Shown one piece after another: positions 28,038 to 32,000 of a stretch of DNA of 32,000 nucleotides. A program made the position numbers and the translations under genes. The stretch is from assembly GCF_000014265.1 (NCBI RefSeq), contig NC_008312.1:5250001-5282000 (forward strand). The letters are read 5' to 3'. Under the pieces are notes generated by a model. The model was given only the letters and a program-made list of their open reading frames with translations. It was not told the DNA's origin and searched no databases. Origin of the DNA: Trichodesmium erythraeum IMS101 (lineage in GTDB: Bacteria; Cyanobacteriota; Cyanobacteriia; Cyanobacteriales; Microcoleaceae). Position 1 is the stretch's first letter; every line of letters starts with the position of its first letter.

Positions 28038-28530
28038 AGACTATACTCAACCTAGCCTGTAGGACGAAATATAAAACCTAAATTATCAGCAGAAAAACTA
28101 GATATTTTTCAACCTAAAATAAAACACAAAAAAGAAAAGAATTAATTGGTAATGTTTTATCAAAAAAAAAAATTGAGGGATACCTAGATGCGGTAGTTAT
28201 GTCTAAGTTCTGCAAGTTATAGTTATTGAAAATTTTTGCCTAACTTTTTTGAAAATTATTGGTTTATTACAGATAGATCAACAAACCAATTTTGTTGTTT
28301 AAGATTTTCCCATGTTTTCTTTAGATAACTGGATTTAAAGAGCCGAGTTTTTTTCATTCTATTAAATGGATAATAGCTTCAAAGTAGTCTTTAACTAAAT
28401 TTAGGTTTTTATCAATTTTCTCAACTATTTGTATAGTCCTATAATATTAGGAATAGGTAACAATAAAAAATAATTTTATTGATACTTACCTGAAAAATAT
28501 TTTCATAAGTAGCTCTTTATTAGCTATAAA

Positions 28531-29334
28531 TTACTCCACACTTTTCCCCATCAAAAACTGAGTTAAACCAGGAAATAGTCGATAAGTTTCTGTAGCTAAA
28601 ACAGCCGGACCTACTACTATTTCAGACTGGTTATTTTTGTAAACATTCCAGATGGCTTCAGCAATATCTTTTGGCTGACTGACGAAATTAGATTCTAAAA
28701 CATAATTCATTTGTTGACGACGATTTTCTACTTCAGAATTATCTCCACCACGAAACTTTGCCCTTTCCATAAAATTACTATTAATAACCCCTGGTTGTAC
28801 AGAACTAATATTAATTCCTTTTGATTGTAATTCCAAACGCAAAGTATCAGTTAATCCAGTAACTGCATATTTACTAGCACAATAAGCAGTCATTTGTGGT
28901 AAGGGCATTTTACCACCAAAGGAACCAACATTAATAATTGTACCAGATTTTCTTGATAAAAAATGGGGTAATAAAGCTTTAATTGTATTCACATAACCAA
29001 AAAAATTGATATTCATTAACTGCTGAAAATCTTCTAAAGTTGTATATTCTATTCCACCGGTCAGACAGATACCAGCATTATTAACTAATACATCAATTTT
29101 TTCATATAATTCTATAGCTTTTTTTACTAAATATTCTACTTGTTTAGCATCAGTAACATCAGTAGGAATAGCCAAGGCAGATTTACCAGTTTCTCTGACT
29201 TCATTTGCTGTTGTGGCTAATCTATCTAATTTCCTAGCAGCTAAGACAATATTATATCCTTTTCTGGCAAATAAAAGTGCTGTTTCTCTACCACAACCTT
29301 GAGAAGCACCAGTAATTAAAACAGTAGGCAGCAT
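28531..29334 (-). CDS. SDR-family oxidoreductase
   Basis: TGASQGCG (TGxxxGxG), NNAG and the YCASK catalytic motif. 267 aa. Confidence 0.85.
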   Translation of the reverse strand: MLPTVLITGASQGCGRETALLFARKGYNIVLAARKLDRLATTANEVRETGKSALAIPTDVTDAKQVEYLVKKAIELYEKIDVLVNNAGICLTGGIEYTTLEDFQQLMNINFFGYVNTIKALLPHFLSRKSGTIINVGSFGGKMPLPQMTAYCASKYAVTGLTDTLRLELQSKGINISSVQPGVINSNFMERAKFRGGDNSEVENRRQQMNYVLESNFVSQPKDIAEAIWNVYKNNQSEIVVGPAVLATETYRLFPGLTQFLMGKSVE

Positions 29335-29472
29335 AATTTTTTTTAGGTCAATTATAATTATAGATTTATAGGAATTATTGTAATGTAATTCTCTGGGAAA
29401 ATAAAAGTTTACCGAAAAAATTATTCATAGTAATTATATTTATATAGTTAATGAATATTCTTTATGATAAAT

Positions 29473-29532
29473 TTGCCGAAAATCAAGAACCATTTTCTAT
29501 CACCTATGTAGGAATATTTCTACGTTTTTTTT
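29473..29532 (+). ncRNA. candidate small RNA, copy 1 (hypothetical)
   Basis: Hairpin GAAAAT-caagaacc-ATTTTC (29478-29497), then GTAGG-aatatt-TCTAC (29508-29523), a G, and T8 (29525-29532). An AT-rich -10-like TATGAT/TGATAAAT lies just upstream. The 5' end is a guess. Confidence 0.25.
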
Positions 29533-29624
29533 AGGGCTCTGACTGAACCGGGAGATAGTGATAAATTGAGAACTAATAATAGTAATTATATTTATATAGT
29601 TAATGAATATTCTTGATGATAAAT

Positions 29625-29685
29625 TTGCCGAAAATCAAGAACCATTTTCTATCACTTATGTAGGAATATTTCTACGTTTTTTTTT
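29625..29685 (+). ncRNA. candidate small RNA, copy 2 (hypothetical)
   Basis: Same two hairpins as copy 1 (terminator-like stem at 29660-29675), followed by T9 at 29677-29685. Confidence 0.25.
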
Positions 29686-29738
29686 AGGGCTCTGACTAAA
29701 CTGGTAGATAGTGATAAATTGATAACTAATAACTGAAA

Positions 29739-30773
29739 TTACTTATCCTTTAATTTGATCTTTCTTCTCATTCTTGCCACAATTTGTAAGTCAACACTTT
29801 GATCTGTTTCATCCACAATTTCACCAGTTAATTCTTCTAATACATCTTCTAGGCTCACCACTCCTGAAACTCCTCCATATTCATCTAAAACAACCATCAA
29901 CTGTTGACTATATTTCTGAAATTCTTTTAATAAGAAATCTACTCTCAGTGTATCTGGAATAAATCTAATATCTCGCATAAAGTCAGCAACTTTTTGATTC
30001 TCCTTTCCTTCAATTATGCCTTTAAGTAATTCATTTTTTAAAACCATGCCAACTACATCATCAATAGAATCTCTTATGACAATAATTCGACTATGTTGAG
30101 AACTAATAATATCTGATTTTACCTCAGCTATAATTGAGTCACTGTATAAATAAGTAGTCGCTATTCGAGGTGTCATAATATCCCATGCACTTTTATCATT
30201 TAGCCGAAATACTCTTCCAATCATTTCAGCTTCATCACCTTCAATAACTCCCTCTTTATATCCTATTCTGGTCAAAAACATTATTTCTGCTTCATTAGTA
30301 GTAGGTAATTTTTTTCCTTGAGTAAAAGGTGATGTAATTTTTTCCATGAACCAAACTATGGGAGTAAAAATAAAAGTTAAACCTTTTACAGGTAAAGCGA
30401 TTATTAATGAAAATTTCATGGCATAGCGTTCTCCTAAAGTTTTAGGAATAATTTCGCCAAAAACTATTACTAAAAATGTCAAAATAGCTGAAAAAAATCC
30501 TAACCAAGTACTTCCAAAAACTGAGGCTGCAATATTACCAATTAAGATACTACCAACAATATTAAAAATGTTATTAATAATCACAACAGTGGCAATAGGG
30601 CGGTTAATTTTTTTCTTAATTACCCACAGTGCTAATGCTGCTGTTTTTTTAGATTGGGCTAACTGCTGTACTTTAATAGGAGAAACAGAAAGTAAAGCTG
30701 TTTCAGTAGCAGAACAAAGGGCAGAACCTATAAGAATAATTAAAACTATAATAATTAGCTTGAGCATACTCAA
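29739..30773 (-). CDS. DUF21/CNNM transmembrane domain plus CBS-pair protein (hemolysin-family)
   Basis: The N-terminal four-helix DUF21 region contains ATETALLSVSPIKV and FGEIIPKTLG. Two CBS-like repeats follow. There is no CorC/HlyC C-terminal domain. Confidence 0.85.
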   Translation of the reverse strand: MSMLKLIIIVLIILIGSALCSATETALLSVSPIKVQQLAQSKKTAALALWVIKKKINRPIATVVIINNIFNIVGSILIGNIAASVFGSTWLGFFSAILTFLVIVFGEIIPKTLGERYAMKFSLIIALPVKGLTFIFTPIVWFMEKITSPFTQGKKLPTTNEAEIMFLTRIGYKEGVIEGDEAEMIGRVFRLNDKSAWDIMTPRIATTYLYSDSIIAEVKSDIISSQHSRIIVIRDSIDDVVGMVLKNELLKGIIEGKENQKVADFMRDIRFIPDTLRVDFLLKEFQKYSQQLMVVLDEYGGVSGVVSLEDVLEELTGEIVDETDQSVDLQIVARMRRKIKLKDK

Positions 30774-30816
30774 CTAATAATTGGGTAATCTTAATAATAC
30801 CATTTTTTATTTAGTT

Positions 30817-31719
30817 ATGAAACCTTCTAACTGGTTGATTATATTAGTTCTCACTATTGGTGTTTTAGCAATATCTACTGGTGCAATATTAATTAGGTTG
30901 GCGAGTCTATCTGCGCGAATGAGTGGGATAGAGTTTAGTTTGGTAATAGCTGCCTCACGGCTGGCGATCGCCTCTTTATTATTAGTACCAACATGGTCAA
31001 AAATTAAGTGGCAAACTATCGAACTAAGGGCAATACTCTATGCAGGTGCAGCGGGGGTTTGCCTTGCGGCTCATTTTGTTCTTTGGGTTACTTCTTTATC
31101 TTACACTTCGATCGCAGCTTCGACTGCCTTGGTCACAACTAACCCCATCTGGGTAGCTTTGTTGTCGTGGTGGTGGTTAAAGGAAAGGCTTTCTCGTCGC
31201 ACAGTTATTGGCATTTTAGTAGCTATAACAGGAGGACTAATAATTGGTTTAGCAGATATTGGTGGGGCAACTACAGTTAGTAACCCTGTTCTGGGAAATT
31301 TTTTAGCTCTTCTGGGGGCTTGGGCAGGTAGTTTATATATATTTCTGGGATATCAAGCTCGAACTAAGGGGTTTGGTATTGGAGGCTATATTGTGGTAGT
31401 ATATGGCATAGCTGCAGTTGTATTATTGCCTATTCCTTTTGTTTCGGGTGTTGGCTACTTTGGTTATTCTGGTTCGGTCTATTTTTATTTATTGTTAATG
31501 GGGTTATTGCCTCAATTAATAGGGCATACAAGTTTTAATTGGGCAATGGGTTGGGTTTCTCCTACTTTGGTTACTTTGGCGGTTTTATTTGAACCTGTTG
31601 GAGCCAGTTTTTTGGGTTATTTATTGTTCGGTGAGGTGCCTTCTCTAATTACTTTATTGGGAGCAGTTATTTTATTAATTGGAGTGGCAGTTGCTGCCTT
31701 GAGTTCTCAAAAAAAATAG
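30817..31719 (+). CDS. EamA/DMT-family transporter
   Basis: About 10 hydrophobic helices in two EamA-like halves. I prefer the ATG at 30817 (MKPSNWLIILV...) to the TTG at 30781. Confidence 0.8.
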   Translation: MKPSNWLIILVLTIGVLAISTGAILIRLASLSARMSGIEFSLVIAASRLAIASLLLVPTWSKIKWQTIELRAILYAGAAGVCLAAHFVLWVTSLSYTSIAASTALVTTNPIWVALLSWWWLKERLSRRTVIGILVAITGGLIIGLADIGGATTVSNPVLGNFLALLGAWAGSLYIFLGYQARTKGFGIGGYIVVVYGIAAVVLLPIPFVSGVGYFGYSGSVYFYLLLMGLLPQLIGHTSFNWAMGWVSPTLVTLAVLFEPVGASFLGYLLFGEVPSLITLLGAVILLIGVAVAALSSQKK

Positions 31720-31814
31720 ATGAAGAGTTTAGTGTAGGGATTTTAATTATTTGTGTTTTGCTAAAAAAATTTAGGCTAATCTCTACACTATTCTCCTCTC
31801 TCTTGACGACAATT

Positions 31815-32000
31815 CTATTTTGTTTCTGGGAGCATATCTTGACTATGGATAGTTATACGTTTAATAAGTTTAACTATCAATTTTTGTAAAAATTTAATGG
31901 TTTCTCTCATGCTAGAATTATGAGTTACTGCCCAAATATTTGTTATTAAACAACAGGTAGCAAACCCCAAAAGAATAAATGTTTGGATTCTAACTACTCC
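31815..32000 (-). CDS. 3' end of an ORF that runs off the window (unknown product)
   Basis: The minus-strand frame is open from the window edge to a TAG at 31815-31817. It reads ...GVVRIQTFILLGFATCCLITNIWAVTHNSSMRETIKFLQKLIVKLIKRITIHSQDMLPETK*. It is not in the ORF track because no start lies inside the window. Confidence 0.3.
   Translation of the reverse strand, partial: GVVRIQTFILLGFATCCLITNIWAVTHNSSMRETIKFLQKLIVKLIKRITIHSQDMLPETK

Larger units (their letters stand above)
29429..29733. repeat. tandem duplication, 2 x about 152 bp
   Basis: Copy 1 is 29429-29580 and copy 2 is 29581-29733. By hand alignment there are about 7 differences, including one extra T in the T-run. Confidence 0.9.

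Noticed and set aside
29774-30777. Two plus-strand ORFs (29774-29962 and 30568-30777) inside the DUF21-CBS gene
   Set aside because: They are antisense frames of a well-supported membrane-protein gene.

Overview
This is an AT-rich chromosomal segment of a filamentous (Nostocales-type) cyanobacterium. Evidence: the HIP1 octamer GCGATCGC occurs at least 12 times, heptamer STRR-like arrays sit at gene boundaries, and the genes are cyanobacterial housekeeping (pxcA/cemA, PSRP-3/ycf65, cyanobacterial-type rpoZ, valS, fabG, putA, cobU, a thioredoxin, tRNA-Pro). I support 22 protein-coding genes well, plus one weak ORF, one partial ORF at the right edge and one tRNA. There are two clear gene relics: a frameshifted, 5'-truncated pfkA and the tail of a DUF4351/Rpn-type gene. 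By my own calls only about 20.6 kb of 32 kb (about 64%) is intact CDS, and seven spacers are 0.64-1.35 kb long. That pattern, together with the relics, suggests ongoing genome erosion, as in host-associated heterocystous cyanobacteria; this is inference. I found no convincing multi-gene defence, mobile-element, CRISPR or biosynthetic system. The most unusual signals are non-coding: (1) a tandem 152-bp duplication at 29429-29733 in which each copy has a hairpin plus T8/T9 on the plus strand, a candidate tandem sRNA locus; (2) a 93-nt repeat pair with conserved flanks and a variable centre at 24.2/24.5 kb; (3) a direct and inverted short-repeat cluster at 27.6-28.1 kb; (4) two hairpins with identical arms at 14.1 and 22.16 kb; (5) a dispersed 11-mer at 6.05/6.25/9.02 kb. 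All functional readings of these elements are hypotheses that need transcriptome or comparative data.
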